Source of the DNA: an uncultured Lachnospiraceae bacterium
GTDB lineage: Bacteria > Bacillota > Clostridia > Lachnospirales > Lachnospiraceae
NCBI GenBank assembly: GCA_947382355.1
Contig: CANCYR010000003.1
Coordinates: forward strand, 52,139 to 116,138
Reading direction: 5' to 3'
DNA: 64,000 nucleotides
Positions 9,937 through 19,704 of this stretch are shown piece after piece (position 1 is the first letter of the stretch; each line of letters starts with the position of its first letter). A program made the translations under genes and the position numbers. The notes beneath the pieces are model-generated. The model was given only the letters and a program-made list of their open reading frames with translations, searched no databases and was not told where the DNA came from.

Positions 9937-12900
9937 ATGAAAAAATTCCAGCAAAAAAGCAGATTGCTGAGTATTTTTCTTATTTGTGTTCTGGTAACGG
10001 CTTCTCTCCGCATGTGGCCTGCCATGGAGGTACACGGGGAGAAAGGAGAAGGTACAGTATATGCAAAACGTACCTTTGACAGCAATTACGACACGCAAAA
10101 TGCTTATAACGGCAATGATCTGGGATGTACCTATACGCCGCAAAAGACTACGTTCAAGGTATGGACTCCGGAGGCAAGCTCTGTTGTGCTGTGCAGATAT
10201 GCAAAGGGCAATGGAGGCAGCCCCATAGAGGAAGTGCCCATGACAAAAGGCGACAAAGGTGTGTGGAGCGTTACGATTTCAGGAGATATCGTGAATACAT
10301 ACTATACTTACAAGGTAACTGTCAATGGAAGTACCAAAGAGGCGGTGGACATTTATGCCAAGGCTGCAGGCGTCAATGGAGACCGGGCAATGGTAGTGGA
10401 TTTAGACAGTACGGACCCGGTTAACTGGGATAAGAATTATCAAAGGGAAAAAACACTTCTAAGCGATATCATTGTATGGGAGGTTCATATCAGGGACTTT
10501 TCCATTGATGCCAGCTCGGGCGTGTCTCAGGAAAACCGGGGAAAATATAAGGCGTTTACAGAAGATACTACAGTAAACGGAGAAGGCAGGGTGGCTTCCT
10601 GCGTCAATTACTTAAAGGAGCTTGGGGTGACCCATGTGCAGATTCTTCCCATGTATGACTATGCATCGGTGGAAGAAACGGCGGTTACCACCACTCCCGG
10701 CAGCAATTACAACTGGGGGTATGATCCGAAAAATTACAATGTGCCAGAGGGTTCTTATTCCAGCAATCCTTATGACGGAAACGTGCGTATCACAGAAATG
10801 AAGGAAATGATTCAGGCATTGCATGATGCAGGGATTAAGGTAATCATGGACGTGGTATATAACCATACCTATGATACGGCGGATTCTAATTTCAACAAAA
10901 TCATGCCGGACTATTATTATAAAATCAACAGCGACCTTTCCTATAATAATCAGTCGGGCTGCGGCAATGCCACCAGAAGCAAAAGCGCAATGTACCGGAA
11001 ATTCATGATAGATTCTGTTTCCTATTGGGCGGAGGAATATAATCTGGACGGCTTCCGGTTTGATTTGATGGGAATCCATGATTTGACAACCATGAATCAA
11101 ATCAGGAAAACCTTAGATGACAAATTCGGCAAGGACACCATTGTTCTTTACGGAGAGGGCTGGACAGCCGCAGAGCATGATACTGACAGCGCCTATAAGT
11201 CAAATGAAAGCAAGCTGGATTACGGCATTGGATATTTTAACGACCAGATCAGGGATGCCATCAAGGGCGAGCATAAGTACGATGATAATCATACTATCGG
11301 TCTGGTGCAGGCTAATTATTTTTCCGGCTCATTTATGGAACCGGGTGCAAAATGGCCTAACAATATATTTGGCGGAATCATGGGTTCAGTAGGGTATACC
11401 AGCGGCCAATGGGGCGAGTGGCGGCCTTTCTGGTCCAAATCCTCCAATTGCTCGTTGAGCTATACGTCGGCTCATGATAATCTGACACTGTGGGATAAGC
11501 TGGCAGGTGAAGTGGGCAAGAATTTTAACTCCATGGACGAGCGCATGTTAAAAATGAACAAAATGGCGGGAAGCGTGGTTTTGGTTTCCAAGGGCGGAGT
11601 ATTCATGCAGGCAGGTGAAGAATTTGCAAGGACGAAATATGGCGATGACAACAGCTATAGCTCCCCGGATTCCACAAATAAAATCGACTGGAACAGGGTG
11701 AATACCTATTCCGCCATCCAGAAATATTATCAGGGAATGATAAGCATCCGGAAGGCATTTTCCGGTTTCCGTTCCATACTTACAAGAAGCGGTGATAACT
11801 GGAACCCGGATAATAATAACCTGACATGGATCAGCAAGGAGGAGCTGGGGCTCATTGCATTTTATGAAACCAATAACGTGCCCGGAGAATGGGACCGGAT
11901 AGCGGTGCTGATCAACAATGCAACATCTAATAAGACAGTGAACTTAACCGGTTCCGATAGCTGGGTTATCATAGCGGACGGCAATACGGCTGGACTTGAA
12001 AAGATAAAAGAAACCGGCTCAAATGTGGAAGTACCCGGAAAATCCGTAGTGGTGGCAGTGCCAAAGGGAACCTTTGAGGCCAATAATGTCTCGGCAAATA
12101 AGCCGCCAGTCATTAGTGCTTCTAATTCCTTTGAGGCTGTGGCAGGAGAAAGCCTGTCATTTTCCGTGAAGGTTTCCGACCCAGATGGCGACAAAATAAC
12201 CATAACTGCTGTAGGAGTGCCAAATGGCGCTTCCTTTGATACAGCTTCCGGCACCTTCTTATGGGAAAAGCCTGTTGCAGGAAGCTATACTCTTATTATA
12301 ACAGCAAGCGATGGAAAGGCTGAGACAACTAAAAACATTAACATTACTGTAATGGAGAAAGAGGCTCTGGCAAAGAAAAAGCTGGAAAGCGCCCTTTCAA
12401 AAGCAAGAGAAAAGCTGGCCGCTGCTCAGGGAGCCCCGTCTGATTATGAAGCTGCTGCAGTTTCGGATTTACAGACTGTCATTTCAGAGGCGGAAGGACT
12501 TCTTCAGTCCGCCGGCACGCCGGAAGTATATGAAAGCACAGCAGAGGATCTGGAAGCTGCCATAAAAGCATGTGTATCTTTAAAGGCAAATCCCATTATC
12601 CGTATAAAGGCGGAGGGCTGGCAAAACCCTACTGTATATGTATGGAAGGGAAGCGGAACGAACGAGGTAAAGCTGGCTGGAGCCTGGCCGGGAACCGGAC
12701 TGACGGAAAAAGATGCAGAAGGCTATTATATATTTGAGCTGCCGGAGGGAACTACTGATTATTCCGTGATTGTAAACGACGGTGCAGCAGGCACCGCAAC
12801 ACAGACTGCGGACATTGCCGGCATTGCAGGCAACGTTGATATTACAGTCACTTCCTTTACCGGAAAAACCTGTACATTTGACAGAAAGGACCGTGAAGTG

Positions 12901-15048
12901 GGAACAGGCCCGGTTGAAATAGATAAAACTCTGCTGGCTTCACAAATAGAAAAAGCGGCACAGGTAATGCGGGATAATCCCAACAGTCCGTGGCTGTCGG
13001 AGCTGAATACCTGTCTGACGGAAGCAAAAGCGGTTAATGAAAATTCACAGGCAACTCAGGTGATGATTAACCAGAAAGTAAGAGCATTGAAAAAATCCAT
13101 TCGTGCAGTGGAAGAAAATAGTGAGCCTCCCCAGTCGGATATTAAGATTTCCTTTGCGGATGAGTCCGCAGTATATATTTATGACGGTACTCCAAAGGAA
13201 CCGGATATACTCGTAAAGGATGGAGAAAGGATTTTAACAGAAGGGACGGATTATAAGGTATCGTATCTGAACAACATCAACGCCTGCTCACTGCAGACTT
13301 CTGATGCAAATGCCCCCACAGTTATTGTTGTGGGAATCAACAGTTATGCCGGAAAAATAGAAAAGAATAACAGGCTGGTATTTACGATTGAGCGAAAGAC
13401 CCTTACAGACAGCAATGTATCTATTGCCGGAGCTTATACTTACACCGGAAATCCTGTTATTCCTGACGTAACGGTAACAGATGGAGCGGCAGAGCTTGAA
13501 AACGAAGAAGACTATGAAATGGACTGCAGCAACAATATCAATGCGGGAACAGCTGTTTTGACTATAACCGGAATCGGAAATTATACGGGAACAGTACAAA
13601 AGGAATTTACAATAGAAAAAGCGGCCATACCTGCAGGGGCGCCGGAAGCGGAGATGACAGTGGCTGTGGGACCGTTGAGTAATCTGCGGTTAAGCGGCGG
13701 ATGGGAATGGTCGGAAGCCGATAAGGATAAAGTAATAGAAGATCAGCAGACACTGGATGTAACGGTAGTATATGCAGGAGAAGACAGGGAGAATTATCAG
13801 GTCACAAGCATTGCAGTGAGAATTACCGGCATTGACTGCCAGCATGAAGAAGAATATATACAGATAAAAGATGCGAAAGATGCAACCTGTACGTCAGACG
13901 GGTACAGCGGAGATAAGATTTGTGTCAATTGTAAAACACTGATTGAGCAGGGTGCGCCTGTCATTGCAACGGGACATCAATGGGAAACTGCTCCAAGGAT
14001 CGATAAGGAAGCAACCTGTATAAAAGAAGGAAAACAGTCCATTCATTGCAGTCAATGTGATGAAGTAAAAGAAGAAAAGGTCATTCCCGCAACGGGGCAT
14101 CAGCGAAATACTCCAACAGTGGGGAAAGAACCTACATGTATAGCAGCAGGAGAACAGCTGATTGAGTGCATTCACTGCGGTGAAAAGCTGGATATGGAAA
14201 TCATTCCGGCATTGGGTCATACGGGAGGAACTGCAACCTGCTGTGCACAGGCAGTCTGCACCAGATGCAGCCAGCCATATGGAAGCTATAGCGATATTCA
14301 TAACTGGGATGCCGGAGTCGTAACAAAAACGGCTACAGCAACGGAAGATGGCATCAGGACTTATACTTGTAAAGACTGCCATGAAACAAGAGTAGAAGTG
14401 ATTCCAAAGACCGGAAGCGGCACTGGTCCTGTACATGGCGGTGATGACACACAGGGAGGCGGACTGAAGGCAGGAGATTCAGTAAAGGATTCCGTATCCA
14501 AGGCATCCTATAAGGTTACCAGAGCAGATGCCAATGTAAAAACAGTAGCTTATACAGCTCCTGCTTCCAAATCAAAAACAGTAACCATACCAAATACAAT
14601 TAATGTAAACGGCACAGATTATCAGGTGACCTCCATTGCATCAGGCGCATTTAAAAATAATAAAACCATTACCACGATTAAGCTGGGAAGCAATATAAAA
14701 ACAATTGGCAGCAGCGCATTTTACGGCTGCAGCAGGCTTAAAAAGGTAACGTTGTCAAAGAATCTGACCCAGATAGACAGCAAGGCATTTTACAAATGCA
14801 CAAGCCTCACCGGCATTACCATACCTTCCAAAGTAAGCAAGATAGGAAGTAAGACATTTTACGGCTGCAAAAAGCTGAAAAAGATTACAATCAAAACATC
14901 TAAGCTTACAAGCAAAAAGGTAGGGAGCAAAGCATTCAAAGGCATTGCCTCCAAAGCAACCATTAAGGTTCCAAAGAAAAAGCTTGCTTCTTATAAGAAG
15001 CTTTTGAAAGCAAAAGGAGTGGGGTCCAAGGCTGTTATTAAAAAATAG
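9937..15048 (+). CDS. pulA: Secreted type I pullulanase (GH13, 1703 aa) with N-terminal CBM48/PUD-like domain, Ig-like domain, coiled linker, CBM25/26-like module and the shared MBG/Cys-His/LRR/Lys-tail C-terminal module
   Basis: SD AAAAGGAGGAAG lies upstream of ATG 9937, and the protein starts with a signal peptide (MKKFQQKSRLLSIFLICVLVTASL). The pullulanase signature YNWGYDPKNYNVPEGSYS is present. GH13 regions: I DVVYNHT, II LDGFRFDLMG, III LYGEGW, IV YTSAHDN. Confidence 0.9.
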   Translation: MKKFQQKSRLLSIFLICVLVTASLRMWPAMEVHGEKGEGTVYAKRTFDSNYDTQNAYNGNDLGCTYTPQKTTFKVWTPEASSVVLCRYAKGNGGSPIEEVPMTKGDKGVWSVTISGDIVNTYYTYKVTVNGSTKEAVDIYAKAAGVNGDRAMVVDLDSTDPVNWDKNYQREKTLLSDIIVWEVHIRDFSIDASSGVSQENRGKYKAFTEDTTVNGEGRVASCVNYLKELGVTHVQILPMYDYASVEETAVTTTPGSNYNWGYDPKNYNVPEGSYSSNPYDGNVRITEMKEMIQALHDAGIKVIMDVVYNHTYDTADSNFNKIMPDYYYKINSDLSYNNQSGCGNATRSKSAMYRKFMIDSVSYWAEEYNLDGFRFDLMGIHDLTTMNQIRKTLDDKFGKDTIVLYGEGWTAAEHDTDSAYKSNESKLDYGIGYFNDQIRDAIKGEHKYDDNHTIGLVQANYFSGSFMEPGAKWPNNIFGGIMGSVGYTSGQWGEWRPFWSKSSNCSLSYTSAHDNLTLWDKLAGEVGKNFNSMDERMLKMNKMAGSVVLVSKGGVFMQAGEEFARTKYGDDNSYSSPDSTNKIDWNRVNTYSAIQKYYQGMISIRKAFSGFRSILTRSGDNWNPDNNNLTWISKEELGLIAFYETNNVPGEWDRIAVLINNATSNKTVNLTGSDSWVIIADGNTAGLEKIKETGSNVEVPGKSVVVAVPKGTFEANNVSANKPPVISASNSFEAVAGESLSFSVKVSDPDGDKITITAVGVPNGASFDTASGTFLWEKPVAGSYTLIITASDGKAETTKNINITVMEKEALAKKKLESALSKAREKLAAAQGAPSDYEAAAVSDLQTVISEAEGLLQSAGTPEVYESTAEDLEAAIKACVSLKANPIIRIKAEGWQNPTVYVWKGSGTNEVKLAGAWPGTGLTEKDAEGYYIFELPEGTTDYSVIVNDGAAGTATQTADIAGIAGNVDITVTSFTGKTCTFDRKDREVGTGPVEIDKTLLASQIEKAAQVMRDNPNSPWLSELNTCLTEAKAVNENSQATQVMINQKVRALKKSIRAVEENSEPPQSDIKISFADESAVYIYDGTPKEPDILVKDGERILTEGTDYKVSYLNNINACSLQTSDANAPTVIVVGINSYAGKIEKNNRLVFTIERKTLTDSNVSIAGAYTYTGNPVIPDVTVTDGAAELENEEDYEMDCSNNINAGTAVLTITGIGNYTGTVQKEFTIEKAAIPAGAPEAEMTVAVGPLSNLRLSGGWEWSEADKDKVIEDQQTLDVTVVYAGEDRENYQVTSIAVRITGIDCQHEEEYIQIKDAKDATCTSDGYSGDKICVNCKTLIEQGAPVIATGHQWETAPRIDKEATCIKEGKQSIHCSQCDEVKEEKVIPATGHQRNTPTVGKEPTCIAAGEQLIECIHCGEKLDMEIIPALGHTGGTATCCAQAVCTRCSQPYGSYSDIHNWDAGVVTKTATATEDGIRTYTCKDCHETRVEVIPKTGSGTGPVHGGDDTQGGGLKAGDSVKDSVSKASYKVTRADANVKTVAYTAPASKSKTVTIPNTINVNGTDYQVTSIASGAFKNNKTITTIKLGSNIKTIGSSAFYGCSRLKKVTLSKNLTQIDSKAFYKCTSLTGITIPSKVSKIGSKTFYGCKKLKKITIKTSKLTSKKVGSKAFKGIASKATIKVPKKKLASYKKLLKAKGVGSKAVIKK

Positions 15049-15078
15049 CATGGCAGGTTAAGGCATTAAAACAAATAA

Positions 15079-15126
15079 GGGTCCATGTACTTATGGAAAA
15101 GATAAGTATGTGGGCTCTTTTTTTAG
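15079..15126 (+). terminator. Rho-independent terminator of the GH13 array
   Basis: A long stem with several G-U pairs (GGGTCCATGTACTTAT / ATAAGTATGTGGGCTC) is followed by a T-run (CTTTTTTT). Confidence 0.6.
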
Positions 15127-15202
15127 CTCGATTATGTGTAGCCCAAACCAAAATATGTTATACTTATAAAAATGCATGAAAAGCAAATGGAGGATAATAA
15201 AA

Positions 15203-15754
15203 ATGCGTATAGGAACGGGATATGATGTACACAGGCTGACAGAAGGAAGAAAGCTCATCATAGGCGGAGTGGAAATTCCCTATGAAAAAGGACTTTTGGG
15301 GCATTCTGATGCAGACGTGCTTTTACATGCCGTTATGGATGCTTTACTTGGCGCTGCCGCCCTTGGGGATATCGGAAAGCATTTTCCGGATACAGAGGAA
15401 GCTTATAGGGGAGCAGACAGCTTAAAGCTTTTAGAACAGGTGGGAAAGCTGCTTTCGGAAAATATGTTTTATGTAGAAAATATTGATGCCACCATTATTG
15501 CACAAAAGCCCAAAATGCGCCCCTATATTGAACAAATGCGGGAAAATATTGCAGGCGCCCTGGGAATCCTGATGGAACAGGTGAATGTAAAGGCAACCAC
15601 GGAGGAAGGTCTTGGATTTACCGGAACGGGAGAAGGGATTTCTGCCCAGGCAGTCTGCATGCTCACAAGTCCCATAAACTTAGTGGCAGAGGATGTGACC
15701 AATCAGACAGAAAAGGACTGTGCAGGCTGCAGCGGCTGTCCTCATAGCAGATAG
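15203..15754 (+). CDS. ispF: 2-C-methyl-D-erythritol 2,4-cyclodiphosphate synthase with a short Cys-rich C-terminal extension
   Basis: [63 protein letters not shown] is the canonical IspF N-terminus. Start is ATG 15203 after GGAGGA. Confidence 0.92.
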   Translation: MRIGTGYDVHRLTEGRKLIIGGVEIPYEKGLLGHSDADVLLHAVMDALLGAAALGDIGKHFPDTEEAYRGADSLKLLEQVGKLLSENMFYVENIDATIIAQKPKMRPYIEQMRENIAGALGILMEQVNVKATTEEGLGFTGTGEGISAQAVCMLTSPINLVAEDVTNQTEKDCAGCSGCPHSR

Positions 15755-15796
15755 AGAGTATGTTGTATAAAAAGTAGAACAAAAGGTTTTAGATAT

Positions 15797-17029
15797 ATGA
15801 GCAGGGAAACAGAAAGTAATAAGGAAATAAAAGGAAACAGGGAAATGCGAGAGGACGGAAACCGTATATATAATTCCGGTCAGAAGGAATTAAAAGCAGA
15901 GAAAATAAAACCATACAGGCTTGAAAAAATGGAAGTGCTGTCTACAAGAAAACTGTGGGAGGAAGTATTTTTTGAGGACAGCAGAGAATTTGTGGACTAT
16001 TACTACCTTTATAAAGCCCCTGAAAATACGGCGTTTGTACGAAAGGAGCAGGGAGAGATTATTTCCATGCTCCACCTGACCCCCTATCGGATAGTTTTAA
16101 AAGCTCCCGAAAAAAAAGAAAGAAATGTGTCCTATATAGTAGGCGTTGCCACGAAAGAAGCATGGAGGCATAAAGGCTGTATGAGAAGCCTGCTTCGGGA
16201 AGCCTTTTTGGAATTGTATGAGAGGAAAGAACCCTTTACCTTTTTAATGCCGGCAAATCCGGCAATATACAGTCCCTTTTCCTTTGCATATATTTATGAG
16301 AGAAAGGAGTATTTCCTGGATGGCGGAAAGCTGCAGAAAGAAAAGCTGGTATGGTTAGCAGAGGATAGCAGCCGGTGCATTTCTCTTCAGGACAATAGGG
16401 GCAGGACATATACCATGCGGTTGGCAAATGCAAATGATATAAGCAGGCTGTCCGAATTTTCAGAAGCGGTGCAGGAAAGACAGTATGAATTTTATTTAAA
16501 GCATACGGAGCCGTATTTCAGAATGCTTTTAAAGGAGACGGAAAGCCAGAAAGGCGGGATTTTTCTTTTTGAAAGACAGGATAAACTGTTTGGCCTTGCA
16601 GTTTGTGCTTTGGATGGAAAAGAGCCCTTTTTTCAGGAGCTTCTATATGAAGAAGAAGGAAGGGCATTGATGGAAGAGATTTTTCAGGAAAAAGAAAAAA
16701 GAAAGCCCATCATCATGGCGAGAGTCATACACTTAGAGACCATGCTGTCCATGCTGGCAAGCCGGGAAGAAAAAGAACTGGTTCTGGAAATTGAGGATAA
16801 GGATATTCCTGCCAATAAAGGAGCTTTTTTGTGGAAGACGGGCAGGGCTTATAGCAGTGTGAGCAGGATTTCCCTGCAGGAAATGCCGGAAAGAAAAGCA
16901 AGGGTAAAGGCTTCCATTGAAGAGCTTACCAGACAGATATTTACCGGAAAATGTGGAAACCCGGAATTGGAAAAGGCATGGCGGGGAGTGTACATCTGTA
17001 CAAAGGGAAATATAAATGAAATTGTATGA
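15797..17029 (+). CDS. GNAT family N-acetyltransferase, Eis-like architecture (start codon uncertain)
   Basis: The acetyl-CoA-binding-like segment IVGVATKEAWRHKGCMRSLLREAF is present, and the roughly 400-aa length fits Eis-like GNAT plus C-terminal domain proteins. The Lys/Glu-rich N-terminus and weak SD leave the start ambiguous. Confidence 0.6.
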   Translation: MSRETESNKEIKGNREMREDGNRIYNSGQKELKAEKIKPYRLEKMEVLSTRKLWEEVFFEDSREFVDYYYLYKAPENTAFVRKEQGEIISMLHLTPYRIVLKAPEKKERNVSYIVGVATKEAWRHKGCMRSLLREAFLELYERKEPFTFLMPANPAIYSPFSFAYIYERKEYFLDGGKLQKEKLVWLAEDSSRCISLQDNRGRTYTMRLANANDISRLSEFSEAVQERQYEFYLKHTEPYFRMLLKETESQKGGIFLFERQDKLFGLAVCALDGKEPFFQELLYEEEGRALMEEIFQEKEKRKPIIMARVIHLETMLSMLASREEKELVLEIEDKDIPANKGAFLWKTGRAYSSVSRISLQEMPERKARVKASIEELTRQIFTGKCGNPELEKAWRGVYICTKGNINEIV

Positions 17030-17189
17030 TTGCAAGGAGAATATAGCAGTCAGTACCATATAACACTTTGAATATAACAGCTGGGGCTGAACGGTTACAT
17101 CTCCGACAAAAAACAATTTAACCCTATTGACAAAAGGAACGCCTTCCCGTATTCTGAATATAGTATTACAAAGAACAACAATCCCCTAA

Positions 17190-17445
17190 AAAGAAAAGGC
17201 AGTGAGCAGAAAGAGTACATGCTGGAAATATGAAAGAGAGAGATTGCCGCCGGCTGAAAGCAGTCTTCATAAGAACAGGATGGAAGTGCATCTGTGAGCC
17301 GGTTCCGTGAACGGTCAGAGAATATATACTCTGTTCCTGATAGCGGAATCCGTTTTCCGCGTTAAGGATTCAAGGGAAGGAGCAATCCTTTATTAGAGTG
17401 GAACCGCGGAAATTTTCGTCTCTTTTTTAGAGGCGATTTTTTTGT
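17190..17445 (+). promoter_or_regulatory. T-box leader (probable Cys specifier UGC) with terminator, controlling cysE-cysS
   Basis: The conserved T-box sequence TAGAGTGGAACCGCG lies at about 17394-17408. It is followed by the terminator CGTCTCTTTTTTAGAGGCG plus a T-run (17417-17445). The candidate specifier GUGCA has UGC at 17287-17289 followed by A. The genes downstream are cysE and cysS. Confidence 0.8.
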
Positions 17446-17472
17446 TACAGCAATTCGTCAGGAGGCGATTTT

Positions 17473-18165
17473 ATGGGAATGATAAAAAGGATAAAAGAAG
17501 AAATTGCTATTATCAAAGAGCGAGACCCTGCCATTCATTCCTCTATGGAAGTATTTCTATATCCCAGCTTTAAAGTAATGCTTCATTACAGGCTGGCACA
17601 TAAGCTATATGAAAATAAGCATTATTTTTTAGCAAGATGGATTTCCCAGAGAGGTGTCAGGAAAACAGGGATTGAAATTCATCCGGGCGCTAAAATCGGA
17701 AAAGGCTTTTTTATTGACCATGGAAACGGCGTCATCATAGGAGAAACGGCGATTGTAGGAGACAATGTAACCTTGTTTCAGGGCGTCACATTAGGCGGAA
17801 CGGGAAAGGAACAGGGAAAAAGGCATCCCACCATTGGCAATAACGTTATGATCAGCGCCGGCGCCAAGGTGCTTGGCTCCTTTCGGGTAGGAGATAATTC
17901 CAAAATAGGCGCAGGAAGCGTTGTGTTAGAGGAAGTGCCGGAAAATTCAACTGTAGTGGGAGTGCCGGGAAGAGTAGTCAGGCGAAACAATCAATCCCTG
18001 CCAAGGGAGGATTTGGACCAGTTCCTTCCGGACCCGGTGAAAGAGGATATTTCCTCTCTTCAATATGCTAACTCCTGTCTGACCAACCGGATTATTGAAC
18101 TGGAAAGAGAAATTAAGGAACTGAAGAGGACGCAGAAAAAAACAGACGAATCAAACGAGCCATGA
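17473..18165 (+). CDS. cysE: Serine O-acetyltransferase
   Basis: Hexapeptide-repeat core GIEIHPGAKIGKGFFIDHGNGVIIGETAIVGDNVTLFQGVTLGG. SD CAGGAGG upstream. The gene sits next to cysS behind a T-box. Confidence 0.9.
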   Translation: MGMIKRIKEEIAIIKERDPAIHSSMEVFLYPSFKVMLHYRLAHKLYENKHYFLARWISQRGVRKTGIEIHPGAKIGKGFFIDHGNGVIIGETAIVGDNVTLFQGVTLGGTGKEQGKRHPTIGNNVMISAGAKVLGSFRVGDNSKIGAGSVVLEEVPENSTVVGVPGRVVRRNNQSLPREDLDQFLPDPVKEDISSLQYANSCLTNRIIELEREIKELKRTQKKTDESNEP

Positions 18166-18294
18166 GAAAAAAGTATAAAAAAACAGTCATGAAAAGATAA
18201 TGACAGGAAAAAGAAAAACAGACATAAAGAGAAAGCAGCTTCAAATCATAATAAAAATATAAAATAAAAAAGAAAGACAGATGGAGGAAATGAA

Positions 18295-19704
18295 ATGAAA
18301 ATCTACAATACGCTTTCCAAACGCAAGGAAGAATTTGTACCTATAGAAGAAGGAAAGGTGCGGATGTACGTATGCGGTCCCACCGTATACAACCTGATTC
18401 ATATTGGAAACGCAAGGCCCATGATTGTGTTTGACACAGTGCGCCGTTACATGGAGCACAAGGGCTATGAAGTGAATTATGTGTCCAATTTTACAGACGT
18501 GGATGATAAAATCATCAAGGCGGCAATAGAAGAAGGCGTGGATGCTTCCGTGATTTCAAAGCGCTATATTGAGGAATGCAAAAAAGACATGGAGGCATTA
18601 AATGTGAAGCCTGCCACCACCCATCCTCTGGCAACGGAGGAAATTCCGGGGATGCTTGATATGATTGGCACGCTGATAGAAAAGGGGCATGCCTATGCGG
18701 CAGAGGATGGTACTGTATATTTCCGTACAAGAAGCTTTCAGGAGTATGGAAAGCTGTCCCATAAAAATCTGGATGATTTACAGGGAGGAAACCGCTCCCT
18801 GCTGGTGTCCGGTGCAGACCAGAAGGAAGATTCACTGGATTTTGTATTGTGGAAGCCCAAAAAAGAAGGAGAGCCTTACTGGGAGTCCCCATGGTGCAAC
18901 GGACGTCCCGGCTGGCATATTGAATGCTCCGTTATGAGCAAGAAATATTTAGGCGATGAAATTGATATCCATGCAGGCGGCGAGGATCTGGTATTCCCCC
19001 ATCATGAAAATGAAATCGCCCAGTCAGAGGCGGCTAACGGAAAGACCTTTGCAAGATACTGGATGCACAATGCCTTTTTAAATATTGATAATAGGAAAAT
19101 GAGCAAATCCCTTGGAAACTTTTTTACAGTTCGTGATATTTCCCAAAAGTACGATTTGCAGGTGCTTAGGTTCTTTATGCTTTCCGCCCATTACAGGAGC
19201 CAGTTGAACTTTAGCGCTGATTTAATGGAAGCTGCCAAAAACGGCCTTGACAGAATACTGACAAGTGTGGAAAATCTGAAATATTTGCTGGAAAATGCTG
19301 CGGATGGTCAGGTGACTGAAGAGGAAAAGGCACATTTGGCGGAAGCAGAGGCTTTGGAAAAGAAATTTGATGAAGCCATGGATGATGATTTTAATACGGC
19401 GGATGCCATTTCCGCCATCTTTGAACTTGTAAAGCTTGCCAACACAAAGGCATCGCCGGAAAGCTCAAAGGCATTCATACAGGGTCTGCTTGATGAAATC
19501 CGGCTGCTTTCCAATATATGCGGTCTGATTGTGGATAAAAAGGAAGAAATGCTGGATGGGGACATTGAAGCCTTGATAGAAGAAAGACAGGCGGCAAGAA
19601 AAGAAAAGAATTTCCAAAGGGCAGATGAAATCAGGGATTTGCTGCTTGAAAAAGGCATTGTACTTGAAGATACAAGAGAAGGAGTAAAATGGAAGAGAGC
19701 TTAA
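18295..19704 (+). CDS. cysS: Cysteine--tRNA ligase
   Basis: Class I aaRS motifs HIGNARP (HIGH) and KMSKSLGN (KMSKS). The length of 469 aa is typical. Confidence 0.95.
   Translation: MKIYNTLSKRKEEFVPIEEGKVRMYVCGPTVYNLIHIGNARPMIVFDTVRRYMEHKGYEVNYVSNFTDVDDKIIKAAIEEGVDASVISKRYIEECKKDMEALNVKPATTHPLATEEIPGMLDMIGTLIEKGHAYAAEDGTVYFRTRSFQEYGKLSHKNLDDLQGGNRSLLVSGADQKEDSLDFVLWKPKKEGEPYWESPWCNGRPGWHIECSVMSKKYLGDEIDIHAGGEDLVFPHHENEIAQSEAANGKTFARYWMHNAFLNIDNRKMSKSLGNFFTVRDISQKYDLQVLRFFMLSAHYRSQLNFSADLMEAAKNGLDRILTSVENLKYLLENAADGQVTEEEKAHLAEAEALEKKFDEAMDDDFNTADAISAIFELVKLANTKASPESSKAFIQGLLDEIRLLSNICGLIVDKKEEMLDGDIEALIEERQAARKEKNFQRADEIRDLLLEKGIVLEDTREGVKWKRA

Noticed and set aside
321-14436. Dozens of 60-240-aa ORFs inside or antisense to the three GH13 genes, e.g. 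321..1016(-), 1176..1904(-), 6273..6548(-), 10612..11100(-), 13894..14436(-)
   Set aside because: All are fully embedded in long ORFs that carry clear GH13, Ig and LRR motifs. They have odd composition (Cys/His/Ile-rich), no SD and no recognisable motifs. I treat them as shadow ORFs.
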